A DNA stretch of 64,000 nucleotides. It comes from an uncultured Eubacteriales bacterium (GTDB lineage Bacteria > Bacillota > Clostridia > TANB77 > CAG-508). The notes beneath the pieces are model-generated. The model was not told the origin of the DNA and ran no database searches. It saw only the letters and a list, made by a program, of their open reading frames with translations. Position numbers and translations under genes: made by a program. Below, in pieces: positions 31,901-43,819 of the stretch; within the stretch, counting starts at the first letter, position 1; each line of letters begins with the position of its first letter. The DNA is taken from positions 891 to 64,890 of the forward strand of contig CASEIZ010000008.1 of the NCBI GenBank assembly GCA_949288185.1, given 5' to 3'.

Positions 31901-34190
31901 TTTCAAGCAAACTCTCAATATCTTTTTTACAATTCATCATTTCATAATCTTTGACAGCTTTTTGACAAAATTCTTCAGCCTTTTCAAAATCATTCGTATA
32001 AACAGAATATATGGTTTGCAATCGATAATATAAAGCTTCATTTCGAATATCATCTAAATCATTGTCTTTTAGGAAATTTTCGCAAGCTTTTAATTCTGAA
32101 TTAGCTTTTTCCAAAAGATTAGCATTTTTAGTAGTTGCATAATTTTCTAATAGCAAAGAAATTAATAAAAGGTGATAATCAGCTTGACCACGAGTAAAGT
32201 TGGCAAGTTTCGCTTCTTCTAATCGCTGAATTAACATATCGTATTTTAAATCAAAAGCATTTTCGATTTTTAAATAACATCTTGTAATCCATAAATCTGT
32301 TACCAATTTTCTGTATTCGTTAATATAAGGAAAATAGCTTTCTTTGATATTCATCCATATATCATAGCTTTCTTTATAATCCTTTAAACAGTTACAAGTA
32401 TACAAGGCCTTTACATGATAGAACAAGCAAACAATACGTTTTTCTAAAGAATCTTTTTCTTTGTCAACAATTTTTGAAGCAATATCTAAATATTTCTTTG
32501 CTTCTTCTTGGTTTTGAGATTTAGACATGATATTAATATAATCACACAAAGCTTCTAATTCTTCGTTTTTATCTTGAATCATATTTGCCATTTTCGCTCT
32601 TTTTAAATGGGGAGAATCTTCACCTTTTTCCCACATACCTCTAACATAAATATAGTATTTTAAATTTCTAATTATCGTAATATATTCTTTATATAATTTG
32701 TTTTCTTCTAACATATTTAACACTTGTTTTGTAATGTTCCATTCATCTAATTCATCAAATAATTTTAATTTAGAAATATCATTATAACATTCACCCACAT
32801 ATGCAGATTTATCTATATAAAATGTTGCCAATTGTTTCAAAAATGTTTCTTTATCAAAATCTTCATCAGAAGCATTTACTAAGACAAGTGTTTTGATTAA
32901 ATTGTGCATATCTAATCTAGGATTGTTTTGAATAATCGGGATTAATAAATCATTTGTATAACATTCTGTAATGGCTTCTTGCCACTCATTTGATAATATA
33001 TCTAAATGTAATATGTGGGAAACAAGTTCAATTGAGATGGTATATTTAAAATTTGCACAAATAATGACTATTTTTTTAGCGATTGGACTTAATTCTTCCC
33101 ATATATCATGAATGATTTTTTGTGACATGAGTTTATAATCTTCATTTGTTTTTGTATATTTGGAAATGGCATTTTCTAAGGAAACACCTAGTTTATTGGC
33201 ATTCACAATTTTTTTCATTAAATAGATAGAGGCAAATGGAATGCCACCAGTAATAGAATATAGAGTATCCACTAATGAAGGTTGCATATCCATAATTTTT
33301 CTAAAATCTTCTGTTGTATGAAGCATAGCTTTTAGCTCTTCTTTAGAAATGAAGTCATTAATACAAAAACTAGAGCAGTAAGTATCTAATGCATTTTCAT
33401 ATTGATGATAAGGAATAGAAGTAATCATTACCATTTTTGAAAATTTAGAAAAATTCTTTATACAGGTAATGGTTTCATCTTGTATCATATCATCATCAAA
33501 ATCGAATATAAGAATAGATTTGGTATTTTTTATAAATTCAAAACAAGCATCCTGTTTTTCTTCAGGTTTGATTTCTGCTTTATTTTCTAAATTGAAAAGC
33601 AAAATGGTATCTAAAATCGTAGATAATTGATTTTCCTTTTTTAGATTGATCCAAATCATATTTTCAAATTTATTTTTTAAGCTCAAATCATACATATATG
33701 CCATAACAGATTTTGATTTTCCACCTAATTTATATCCATAAATATAAGCAATATTAATAGGATTATCTATAAAATCATCTAAAAAGGAAGTGAGTTTTTG
33801 AGAACGAATAATTTTGCTTAAGTCTTGAGGAATTAGGTTATTTTTTGTTTGGATAGTTGTATCTTGAAAAACAACTGTATTGGTAGCAGATAAATAATTT
33901 TTAGCAAAAGCATCAATCTTAGAATCATCTACTTGTACTAATTTTGCATATTCTAGGATTCCTTGAAGAAAACTAGGAATGTCTTTTGGAATACTACCAG
34001 TTAAAAATTTTCGGATACTCACTTCTGCATAATGGGTATAATCTGCAATTCTTGTATAGATATATGTTTTACTAGGTAATTCTCCTTTTATATTATGCTT
34101 TTTTATAGATAGTTTCATTTCATTAATAAAATCAGATAATAGTTTTGCTCTATTGGTTTTTAAGATATCTTGTTCCATATGTTCCTCCAT
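31887..34190 (-). CDS. STAND/NB-ARC-like P-loop NTPase with N-terminal helical (possible HTH) and C-terminal TPR-like region
   Basis: Walker A-like YIYGYKLGGKS, Walker B ILIFDFDD, GxP motif TGGIPFA, MHD-like MHNL, helical repeat C-terminus. Confidence 0.65.
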   Translation of the reverse strand: MEEHMEQDILKTNRAKLLSDFINEMKLSIKKHNIKGELPSKTYIYTRIADYTHYAEVSIRKFLTGSIPKDIPSFLQGILEYAKLVQVDDSKIDAFAKNYLSATNTVVFQDTTIQTKNNLIPQDLSKIIRSQKLTSFLDDFIDNPINIAYIYGYKLGGKSKSVMAYMYDLSLKNKFENMIWINLKKENQLSTILDTILLFNLENKAEIKPEEKQDACFEFIKNTKSILIFDFDDDMIQDETITCIKNFSKFSKMVMITSIPYHQYENALDTYCSSFCINDFISKEELKAMLHTTEDFRKIMDMQPSLVDTLYSITGGIPFASIYLMKKIVNANKLGVSLENAISKYTKTNEDYKLMSQKIIHDIWEELSPIAKKIVIICANFKYTISIELVSHILHLDILSNEWQEAITECYTNDLLIPIIQNNPRLDMHNLIKTLVLVNASDEDFDKETFLKQLATFYIDKSAYVGECYNDISKLKLFDELDEWNITKQVLNMLEENKLYKEYITIIRNLKYYIYVRGMWEKGEDSPHLKRAKMANMIQDKNEELEALCDYINIMSKSQNQEEAKKYLDIASKIVDKEKDSLEKRIVCLFYHVKALYTCNCLKDYKESYDIWMNIKESYFPYINEYRKLVTDLWITRCYLKIENAFDLKYDMLIQRLEEAKLANFTRGQADYHLLLISLLLENYATTKNANLLEKANSELKACENFLKDNDLDDIRNEALYYRLQTIYSVYTNDFEKAEEFCQKAVKDYEMMNCKKDIESLLEILNH

Positions 34191-34457
34191 AATAACAAAA
34201 TTTATCTTTATTATACCATTATGTTACATAAAAGTACAAGGATAGAAGGGAATATCTCCATAAAGAAAATGAAAATTGATAATTTTTTTATCAATTTTAA
34301 AAAATTGTATTTTGAAAAGTTTGGTAATCAAGATTAACATAAAATAAAATAGGCATAGATTAAGCATAATACTAAATGCTTGAGAATGCTAAACTTGAAT
34401 TCTTTAGTAAAGAATTTGTAACCAAAAACATTTAATGTAAAAAAAGGAGGAGACAAT

Positions 34458-35541
34458 ATGATTTACAATTTAACATTAAGTGACAGAACACAGAAGACAG
34501 TGCTTCGGAACTTAGAAACAACAAGAAAGTTGATTTCAAAAGTTGCAACAAAACTTTCATCAACACAGAAAACTTGTGATATTTATGCAATGTCTGATTT
34601 AGGGATTGCACATAATGTTACAAGAATGCGGGGAGGTTTCTTTACAGGAGCTGCATATGTCTGGGAACAACCAGATACTCCATTCATTCCTGTAGATACT
34701 ACAATCAATGTATGTGGTACAGCTTTGTATAAAATAAATTCTGATGGGAGTATGAATATAACAAAATTTAGAGAGATGTGAGAAAGCTCTCAAAGACCTA
34801 ATAGTGTATGACCAGAATTTTACCAATGGTAACCATTTTATTTCTTTATGTTATCCAGAAAATGGCATGGGAATGGAGAAAAGTTACTATATGCTTGTCC
34901 ATGCATCAGCAAGCGAATATAAGGATCAGTTGTATCCTGTTATAGGAAACTGGTACCATAAAGATATTTGTATTGAGAGAATTAATGATTATCGATATAT
35001 AAGATATGTTAAAGGAGATACAGCAGAGAAGTTATATGAACATGCAAAACGTATGGAATCTTATAACAGAGAGCGACACTATAATTTCTGTTCCAGTGTT
35101 TTATCAAGATTTATGGGAGATGAAATCTTAAATGTAGCACATTATGGAATGCCAAGTATACATGAAGTATTGATTGGTGTTCAAAAGACTAGAGGACTTG
35201 CAACATTGCTCACAAGTCCGGGAAAAAATGTGTATATAGTGAAGAAAATAGAAAACGCTAAGAACAACTATATACCACATGGTTTCGGACTGGAATTACC
35301 TGAAAATAGTGATTTCACCTATCATAAAAATGGTATACAAATAGGAGAAAAGAAATTTTATTCTGGAAGTATTACCATTGGAGAAGATGCGATTAGTCGG
35401 CATAGCTTTTCTGAAACCGATGAAAATTTAAGAAAGTATGTCAGAAAAATAGCAGAGATTAATGAATTAGAAATTTGTGCAGAACTAAAACAGATTTGTT
35501 CATTTTCTGCGAATGGATTTCAAGTATGGAGAGGTAATTGA
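34458..35541 (+). pseudogene. Divergent RtcB-like (RNA ligase-fold) gene split by a frameshift in an AG run at 34770-34776
   Basis: ORF1 PVDTTINVCG (RtcB DxxCG-like); ORF2 NGNHFI, LVHAS, HYG, PHGFG; ORF2 frame open from 34762. Confidence 0.6.
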
Positions 35542-35542
35542 T

Positions 35543-36070
35543 ATGGTATATGTAACAAGACATGGAGAAACAGACTGGAACTTGTATGGAAAAGTACAAG
35601 GAAAAGCAGATATTTTGCTTAATAGTAAGGGAATAGAACAGGCAAAGGAAACAATGGTAAAGCTAAAAGAAGAAAACATTGATTTTATAATCTGTTCGCC
35701 CTTAAATAGAGCAAGACAGACAGCTGAAATCATTAACTCAGAGAAAAACATTCCCATTATCTTTGATGAAAGAATTTCTGAAAGAGATTTTGGAGAAATG
35801 GAAGGAATGTCTAAAGATGACTTTGATTTTCAGGCATTTTGGAATTACGAGAAAAATGTAACCTATGAAAAAGCTGAAAATATCAGAGTTTTCTTTAATA
35901 GAATATTTTTATTTTTAGATGAGATAAAAAAGAAGTATAAAGATAAGAATATTTTATTAGTAACTCATGGAGGCGTTAGTATAGCCATTAACTGCTATTT
36001 CAATGGAGTACCTGAAAGTGGAGCATGTTTACCTTTATGTATCAAAAACTGTGAAGTAAAAAGTTTTTAG
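35543..36070 (+). CDS. Histidine phosphatase family protein
   Basis: RHGETDWN, CSPLNRARQTA, ERDFG, VTHGG. Confidence 0.9.
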   Translation: MVYVTRHGETDWNLYGKVQGKADILLNSKGIEQAKETMVKLKEENIDFIICSPLNRARQTAEIINSEKNIPIIFDERISERDFGEMEGMSKDDFDFQAFWNYEKNVTYEKAENIRVFFNRIFLFLDEIKKKYKDKNILLVTHGGVSIAINCYFNGVPESGACLPLCIKNCEVKSF

Positions 36071-36098
36071 TTTTAAATAACATATTAGGAGAGTGCAT

Positions 36099-36629
36099 AT
36101 GAAACAAATTATCTTTTTACGACATGCAGAGACAAAAATGAATAAAGAAGGTCGGTTTTGTGGGAGAAGAGATGTAGAAATTTCAGAAGAGGGAAGAAAA
36201 CAGGCAGAAAAAATGAGAGAAACATTTAAAGAATATCATTTTGATGCAATGTATTGTTCACCTCTTAAAAGAACGAAACAGACCTTAGAGGCTATCTTTC
36301 CAAGTCAGAAATTCATTGAAGAGGATGGATTTACAGAAATCAGTCTTGGAGATTGGGAAGGAAAAAATAAAGAAACGGTAGACCAATCTTTAAGAAAAGA
36401 TTTTCAGAAAGGAATTTATACACCACCTTATGGTGAAAGACATGAAGAAGTAGAAGCAAGAGTGAGAGAAACAATTGAAAGGATTTTTGCAACTTATCCA
36501 GATAATTCTCTAATTTTAGTTTGTACAAGTAATGGTATTATGAGAACAATAAAGAGAATGTATAATATTAAAACAGAGAATATCATGTTGAAAAATTTAG
36601 AGTATTTTACGTTAGAAATACCTAAATAA
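36099..36629 (+). CDS. Histidine phosphatase family protein (second His replaced)
   Basis: RHAET, CSPLKRTKQT, EISLGDWEG; CTSNG where xHGG is expected. Confidence 0.85.
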   Translation: MKQIIFLRHAETKMNKEGRFCGRRDVEISEEGRKQAEKMRETFKEYHFDAMYCSPLKRTKQTLEAIFPSQKFIEEDGFTEISLGDWEGKNKETVDQSLRKDFQKGIYTPPYGERHEEVEARVRETIERIFATYPDNSLILVCTSNGIMRTIKRMYNIKTENIMLKNLEYFTLEIPK

Positions 36630-36644
36630 AAGAAGCATAAAAAG

Positions 36645-36684
36645 AAAGCCAGGACTTAGAAAGTTATTTCTAAGTCCTGGTTTT
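36645..36684. terminator. Bidirectional terminator
   Basis: Perfect 14-bp stem CCAGGACTTAGAAA/TTTCTAAGTCCTGG between convergent genes. Confidence 0.8.
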
Positions 36685-36735
36685 GTAGTACAGCCCTTTA
36701 AAGAGAAGATCTTTTAGGAGGACTGTACATGATTT

Positions 36736-37101
36736 TCATTCTTTACTTTGTTGTTCATACTCAGCCTGGATAAACTTGTGTATGATTTCCTTCTTGGCAG
36801 CATCGTTATCCAAAAGTGACTGAAAGCTTTTTATAGCACTTTCAAGTGCCTTATCCAAATCCTCAGATGTGTTAGCCAGAATTATTTCATATGCGGCTCT
36901 GACGTCTGAGGGAATGCGTCGGCAGAGTTTTGGGTCTTTAATCATAAAAAGTAATCCTTCAATACCCTGGTCATCCCTGCTTAGAAATTCCCGAAGACTT
37001 TCAGGAAGTGTAAAGTCTTTCTTGACATTACAAAGTAAACTATAAGCATCAACTTCTAATATTTTGTTATCTATACAAATCCTCCTCATACGGATCTCCA
37101 C
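36736..37101 (-). CDS. Hypothetical protein (accessory; start uncertain)
   Basis: Higher-GC 121-aa ORF; AGGAGG at 37086-37081 points to an ATA codon at 37074 rather than the GTG. Confidence 0.55.
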   Translation of the reverse strand: MEIRMRRICIDNKILEVDAYSLLCNVKKDFTLPESLREFLSRDDQGIEGLLFMIKDPKLCRRIPSDVRAAYEIILANTSEDLDKALESAIKSFQSLLDNDAAKKEIIHKFIQAEYEQQSKE

Positions 37102-37194
37102 AAATGTGGGCGAAGGCTATAAAAACTAGCCTAAAACAACAAGTTACATCATAAATAGTATAGCACAATTCACATAAAAAAGCAACTGTGTGAA

Positions 37195-37255
37195 ACGATA
37201 GGGACGTGCCAAATCGTTCAATTTTTGAACATTTTGACACGTCCCCAACGTTCAA
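37195..37255. repeat. GGGGACG-core palindromic element (subtype D), right boundary of accessory island
   Basis: GGGACGTGCCAAATCGTTCAA / TTGAACATTTTGACACGTCCCC hairpin; 37216-37255 is a 38/40 inverted match to 31683-31722. Confidence 0.88.
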
Positions 37256-37257
37256 CT

Positions 37258-38736
37258 TTATAAAATAATACAAATTAATCCGCCACTACCTTCATTAACA
37301 ATTCTTTCTAATGTCTCTTGTAATTTGATTTGTGCTTCTTCAGGCATTTTAGCAAGTTTGGTTTGTAAGCCTTCATTTACCAATTCATGTAAGCTTTTTC
37401 CAAAGATATTTGATTCCCAGATTTTTTGAGGTTCACTTTCAAATCCAGAAAGTAAGTAATTGACTAATTCTTCAGATTGTTTTTCAGAACCAACGATTGG
37501 GCAAACTTCAGTTGCAACATTTGTCTTTATAAGGTGAATAGAAGGCGCCATGGCTTTTAGTTTTACACCAAATTTAGAACCTTGTTTTACCATTTCTGGT
37601 TCTTCTAAGATTAATTCATCCATTGAAGGGGTGACAATTCCATAACCTTTTCTATTAACTTCATCTAGTGCATAAGCGATTTTATCATATTTCTTTTTGA
37701 CATCAGCCAATTCAGAGATAATGCTAAATAAATCACCTTCATTAGAAACAGGAACACCAGTGATTTCTGTCAATACTTGGTAGAATAATTCTTCTTTTAA
37801 CGTAATTTCTACGTTAACTCTTCCTGTACCTAATTGAATATCTGTTATAGAAGTTTTTGAAATGATTTCTGTTTGTTTAATGGTATCTGCACAGCCTGAG
37901 ATTTCTTTTAGGACATTTACATTAGAAAAAGCATCTTTAATTTCTTTAAATAATTCTGTTTTTAAAGGGTGTGACATATCTAATCCATCAATCCATCTAG
38001 GGAATTTGATGCAAATTTGGTCAACAGGAAATTCATATAATACTTTAGAAAACATGGTATTGATATTTTCAATCGTCAAATATTCACAATTAAGAGGCAT
38101 AACAGATGTATTGTATTTTTCGCTTAGTTCTTCTGCAAGCTCTTTGGTATAATCTGAATCAGGGTCATTTGAATTTAATAAAATGATAAATGGTTTATTC
38201 AAGGATTTTAATTCATTAACAACTCTTTCTTCGGCTTTAATATAATCTTCTCTAGGAATGTCTGTAATAGTTCCATCAGTTGTTACTAAAACACCAATGG
38301 TAGAATGTTCTTCAATTACTTTTTTTGTCCCAATTTCAGCAGCAGTTTCAAAAGGAATTTCTTCCTCAGACCAAGGGGTCTTTACCATTCTAGGCATGTC
38401 ATCTTCTAAATAACCAATCGCATTATCTACTAAATAGCCAACACAATCTACTAATCTTGCCTTAAATTTTAAATTATCATTTAAGGTAATTTCAATAGCT
38501 TCATTAGGAACAAATTTTGGCTCTGTTGTCATGATAGTTCTGCCACCAGCACTTTGTGGTAGTTCATCTCTGGCCCTTTCTTTTTTGTATTCATTATCAA
38601 TGTTGGGAATGACTAATAAATCCATAAATCTTTTGATAAAAGTAGATTTACCAGTTCGTACAGGACCAACAACCCCTACATAAATATCTCCATCAGTCCT
38701 TTTTGCGATGTCTTGATACAATCTTGTATTTTCCAT
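37258..38736 (-). CDS. spoIVA: Stage IV sporulation protein A
   Basis: 492 aa; GVVGPVRTGKSTFIKRFM, RARDELPQS, MTTEPKFVP, C-terminal NEGSGGLICIIL. Confidence 0.98.
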   Translation of the reverse strand: MENTRLYQDIAKRTDGDIYVGVVGPVRTGKSTFIKRFMDLLVIPNIDNEYKKERARDELPQSAGGRTIMTTEPKFVPNEAIEITLNDNLKFKARLVDCVGYLVDNAIGYLEDDMPRMVKTPWSEEEIPFETAAEIGTKKVIEEHSTIGVLVTTDGTITDIPREDYIKAEERVVNELKSLNKPFIILLNSNDPDSDYTKELAEELSEKYNTSVMPLNCEYLTIENINTMFSKVLYEFPVDQICIKFPRWIDGLDMSHPLKTELFKEIKDAFSNVNVLKEISGCADTIKQTEIISKTSITDIQLGTGRVNVEITLKEELFYQVLTEITGVPVSNEGDLFSIISELADVKKKYDKIAYALDEVNRKGYGIVTPSMDELILEEPEMVKQGSKFGVKLKAMAPSIHLIKTNVATEVCPIVGSEKQSEELVNYLLSGFESEPQKIWESNIFGKSLHELVNEGLQTKLAKMPEEAQIKLQETLERIVNEGSGGLICIIL

Positions 38737-39060
38737 CTATATACCTCCTTTTAATCACTTTCAAAATGTTTGCATACTTTTAGAAAATGTGATTTTCTAA
38801 AAGTAAAATCGTTGCACACAATTTTACTTACATAAAATTGGCGCACGAACAAAGACGCGACATGTAATTTAACTAAAAGGACAAAGTTTCTAATCATGTC
38901 GCTTTTGTTCTAAATTACTTTACTTAATGTATATTGGAATTTTTCTAGGTTTATGACAAGTTTTCCAAAAAACTTGATAAAAATTAAGAATTGTGCTAAA
39001 ATGTCAATATTAAAAAAAAAACATATACTATATTATACTAGCTAAAAGGAGCGAAACAAA

Positions 39061-40302
39061 ATGGATAAGGTACAGGATACAATAGACTTATTAAAAATCT
39101 ACAACCAAGAACATATTATAAAATTGTTAGAAAAATTGGATGAAAACCAAAAACAAGTATTAGTAGAGCAAATTAGCAAAATTGATTTTCATCAACTAAA
39201 AGAGTTATATGATAATACAAAAAAAGAAATAGAAATAAAAGAAAATAAAATAGAGCCATTGCCATACTTAGATAAGAAGAAATTATCAGAAGAGCAAAAA
39301 GAAGAATTTCAAAGATTAGGAGAAGCCGTTTTAGAAAAAGGTGAATATGCTGTCGTAACCATGGCAGGAGGGCAAGGAACAAGATTAGGACATTCAGGAC
39401 CAAAAGGAACTTTTAAATTAGACGTTTATGGAAAAGGAAAATATTTATTTGAAATTCTAGCAGAGAATTTAAAAGAAGCAAATCAAAAATATGGAAAAAT
39501 CATACCATGGTATATCATGACGAGTAAAGAAAACAATGATGAAACAATTGAATTCATGGAAAAACATAACTATTTTGGATATGATAAAGATTCAGTAAGA
39601 TTTTTTGCTCAAAGCGAATTACCTCTAGTAGATGTAAATGGAAAATTATTAGTAGGAAAAGATATGAAAATAAAGGAAGCATCTGATGGAAATGGTGGTA
39701 CATATTCTTCTCTAAGGGCAAGTGGTTGTTTAGCAGAAATGAAAGAAAAAGGAATCAAATGGGTATTTATTGGAGGAGTTGATAATGCTTTACTAAAAAT
39801 GGCAGATACCATTTTATTAGGAATGGCAATTGATAAAAAAGTACAAATCGCATCAAAATCAATTGTTAAAGCAAATCCACATGAACGTGTTGGGGTATTT
39901 GCTAAAATGAATGGACATCCAAAAGTTATTGAATACTCAGAAATGCCAGAAAAAATGGCAGAAGAAGTGGATAGTGATGGAGAACTAAAATATGGAGAAG
40001 CTCACATTATGTGTAATCTATATACCATAGAAGCCATTGAAAAAATTAGTAAAGAAACATTAATTTATCACAGTGCGTTTAAGAAAAATGCATATATAGA
40101 TGAAGAAGGAAAAGAAGTGATTCCAACAGAGCCTAATTCATTTAAATTTGAATCTTTTATATTTGATGCATTTGAATTATTTGATGATATTGCCATATTA
40201 AGAGGGAAAAGAGAAGATGATTTTGCACCTGTAAAAAATAGAGAAGGAGTCGATAGTCCAAAAACAGCAAAGGAACTATACGAAAAATTCTGGAACAGAT
40301 AA
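39061..40302 (+). CDS. UDPGP-family (eukaryote-type UAP-like) UDP-N-acetylhexosamine pyrophosphorylase
   Basis: MAGGQGTRLG, PKG, IPWYIMTS, DGNGG, GVDN, FKFESFIFD, FAPVKN. Confidence 0.88.
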   Translation: MDKVQDTIDLLKIYNQEHIIKLLEKLDENQKQVLVEQISKIDFHQLKELYDNTKKEIEIKENKIEPLPYLDKKKLSEEQKEEFQRLGEAVLEKGEYAVVTMAGGQGTRLGHSGPKGTFKLDVYGKGKYLFEILAENLKEANQKYGKIIPWYIMTSKENNDETIEFMEKHNYFGYDKDSVRFFAQSELPLVDVNGKLLVGKDMKIKEASDGNGGTYSSLRASGCLAEMKEKGIKWVFIGGVDNALLKMADTILLGMAIDKKVQIASKSIVKANPHERVGVFAKMNGHPKVIEYSEMPEKMAEEVDSDGELKYGEAHIMCNLYTIEAIEKISKETLIYHSAFKKNAYIDEEGKEVIPTEPNSFKFESFIFDAFELFDDIAILRGKREDDFAPVKNREGVDSPKTAKELYEKFWNR

Positions 40303-40333
40303 GGGATTTTGGGGACGGACTCAAAAATCCCTT
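40300..40333. repeat. Single-arm GGGGACG-core hairpin (subtype A)
   Basis: TAAGGGATTTTGGGGACGGACTCAAAAATCCCTT, starts at the TAA stop codon. Confidence 0.85.
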
Positions 40334-40402
40334 TTTAAGAAGATTGTATGTATTTTACAAAGAAAATATAAGATATCTTGTAAATTGAAAGGAATGTAAA
40401 AA

Positions 40403-41074
40403 ATGGAAGAATGTAAAATTAAAAACTTATATAATTTAGAAGAAACCATTGCAAAAAAATTATTAGAAAAAAGTACATATCCATGGGAAGTATTACCTGA
40501 TATAGGAGAATATATTTTAGAATTAGGAGAAACATTAGATAAAGACGAATATGAAAAAGTAGGAGAAAATGTCTGGATTGCAAAAAGTGCAAAAGTCGCA
40601 CCAACGGCATATATTAACGGTCCTGCAATTATTGGAAAAGAAGCAGAAGTAAGACATTGTGCATTTATCAGAGGAAATGCGATTGTAGGAGAAGGTGCAG
40701 TTGTTGGAAATTCTACAGAATTAAAAAATGTTATCTTATTTAATAAGGTGCAAGTTCCACATTATAATTATGTAGGAGATTCTATTCTAGGATATAAAGC
40801 ACATATGGGAGCAGGTTCTATTACATCTAATGTGAAATCTGATAAACAATTAGTTGTCATCAAAAATGGAAAAGAAACCATAGAAACGAAAAGAAAAAAA
40901 GTAGGCGCTATGCTTGGAGATCATGTAGAAGTAGGTTGTGGTTCAGTATTAAATCCAGGAACTGTTATCGGAAGAAATTCAAATATTTATCCATTATCTT
41001 CTGTAAGAGGTGTTGTTCCAGAAAATAGTATTTATAAGAATAAGAATGAAGTAGTAGAAAAACAAGATAGATAA
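40403..41074 (+). CDS. Stand-alone left-handed beta-helix acetyltransferase (GlmU C-terminal-like)
   Basis: Hexapeptide repeats; VPHYNYVGDSILG, GAGSITSN, GCGSVLNPG. Confidence 0.85.
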   Translation: MEECKIKNLYNLEETIAKKLLEKSTYPWEVLPDIGEYILELGETLDKDEYEKVGENVWIAKSAKVAPTAYINGPAIIGKEAEVRHCAFIRGNAIVGEGAVVGNSTELKNVILFNKVQVPHYNYVGDSILGYKAHMGAGSITSNVKSDKQLVVIKNGKETIETKRKKVGAMLGDHVEVGCGSVLNPGTVIGRNSNIYPLSSVRGVVPENSIYKNKNEVVEKQDR

Positions 41075-41188
41075 TATCATTTTTTGTTACGACTCGTCCC
41101 TAATGATTCATGAATTTAAATAAGGAATTTACAAAAATTCCTTTATTTTTTTACCTAAATTGTATATAATAGGAAAGAAAAAATTACA

Positions 41189-41336
41189 AAAGTTGCAAAG
41201 GGGATGAAATCGGGAATTTGGGGACGGACTCATTTTTCCCTTTTTACAAAATTTAATATATTTTAAAGCTATTTGGGAAAAAAAGGAAAAATGAGTCCGT
41301 CCCCAAATTCCCGATTTTGCCCCCTTTTGCAACTTT
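41189..41336. repeat. Nested GGGGACG-core element (subtype A arms inside subtype-B-like outer arms)
   Basis: Outer AAAGTTGCAAAGGGG / CCCCTTTTGCAACTTT; inner AAATCGGGAATTTGGGGACGGACTCATTTTTCC and its complement. Confidence 0.88.
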
Positions 41337-41338
41337 GA

Positions 41339-43357
<2,019 letters not shown>

Positions 43358-43511
43358 TTGTCCAATTGGGGACGTTTCTGTTTGGGACATTTTTATGTAA
43401 AACAAATATTTCTATGTCCTTAAATAGCAAAATATTGTAATTTATGTAGGATTATAGCACATGAAACTTTACATAAAAATGTCCCAAACAGAAACGTCCC
43501 CAATTGGACAA
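43358..43511. repeat. GGGGACG-core palindromic element (subtype C)
   Basis: Perfect 44-bp inverted repeat 43358-43401 / 43468-43511 between the ligA stop and the next AAGGAGG. Confidence 0.92.
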
Positions 43512-43523
43512 AAGGAGGAAAAG

Positions 43524-43778
43524 ATGGATAAAAATTATACATTTGAAATGATGTGGGAGGATTTAGATGACGGTTATCAAATTTATTATACGTATGTAAG
43601 AAATCGCTATTTATTATTTAAAACAGCATCCAATTGCTATACCCAAAAATTGTTATCTAAAAATCCTAAAAATCCACAACCGAAAATGACAATGCTTACT
43701 TTGAAAAGGGTCAAAGAAATGTTTCCACATATGGAAGATATTGAATATCATATAGGGATAACGGATGAAGAAAAATAA
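43524..43778 (+). CDS. Hypothetical protein
   Basis: ATG 43524 after AAGGAGG; the ORF-track extension upstream lies in the repeat. Confidence 0.7.
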   Translation: MDKNYTFEMMWEDLDDGYQIYYTYVRNRYLLFKTASNCYTQKLLSKNPKNPQPKMTMLTLKRVKEMFPHMEDIEYHIGITDEEK

Positions 43779-43819
43779 GAATATTATCAAAAATATATAA
43801 AAGAAGGGAAAAGTAAAAT

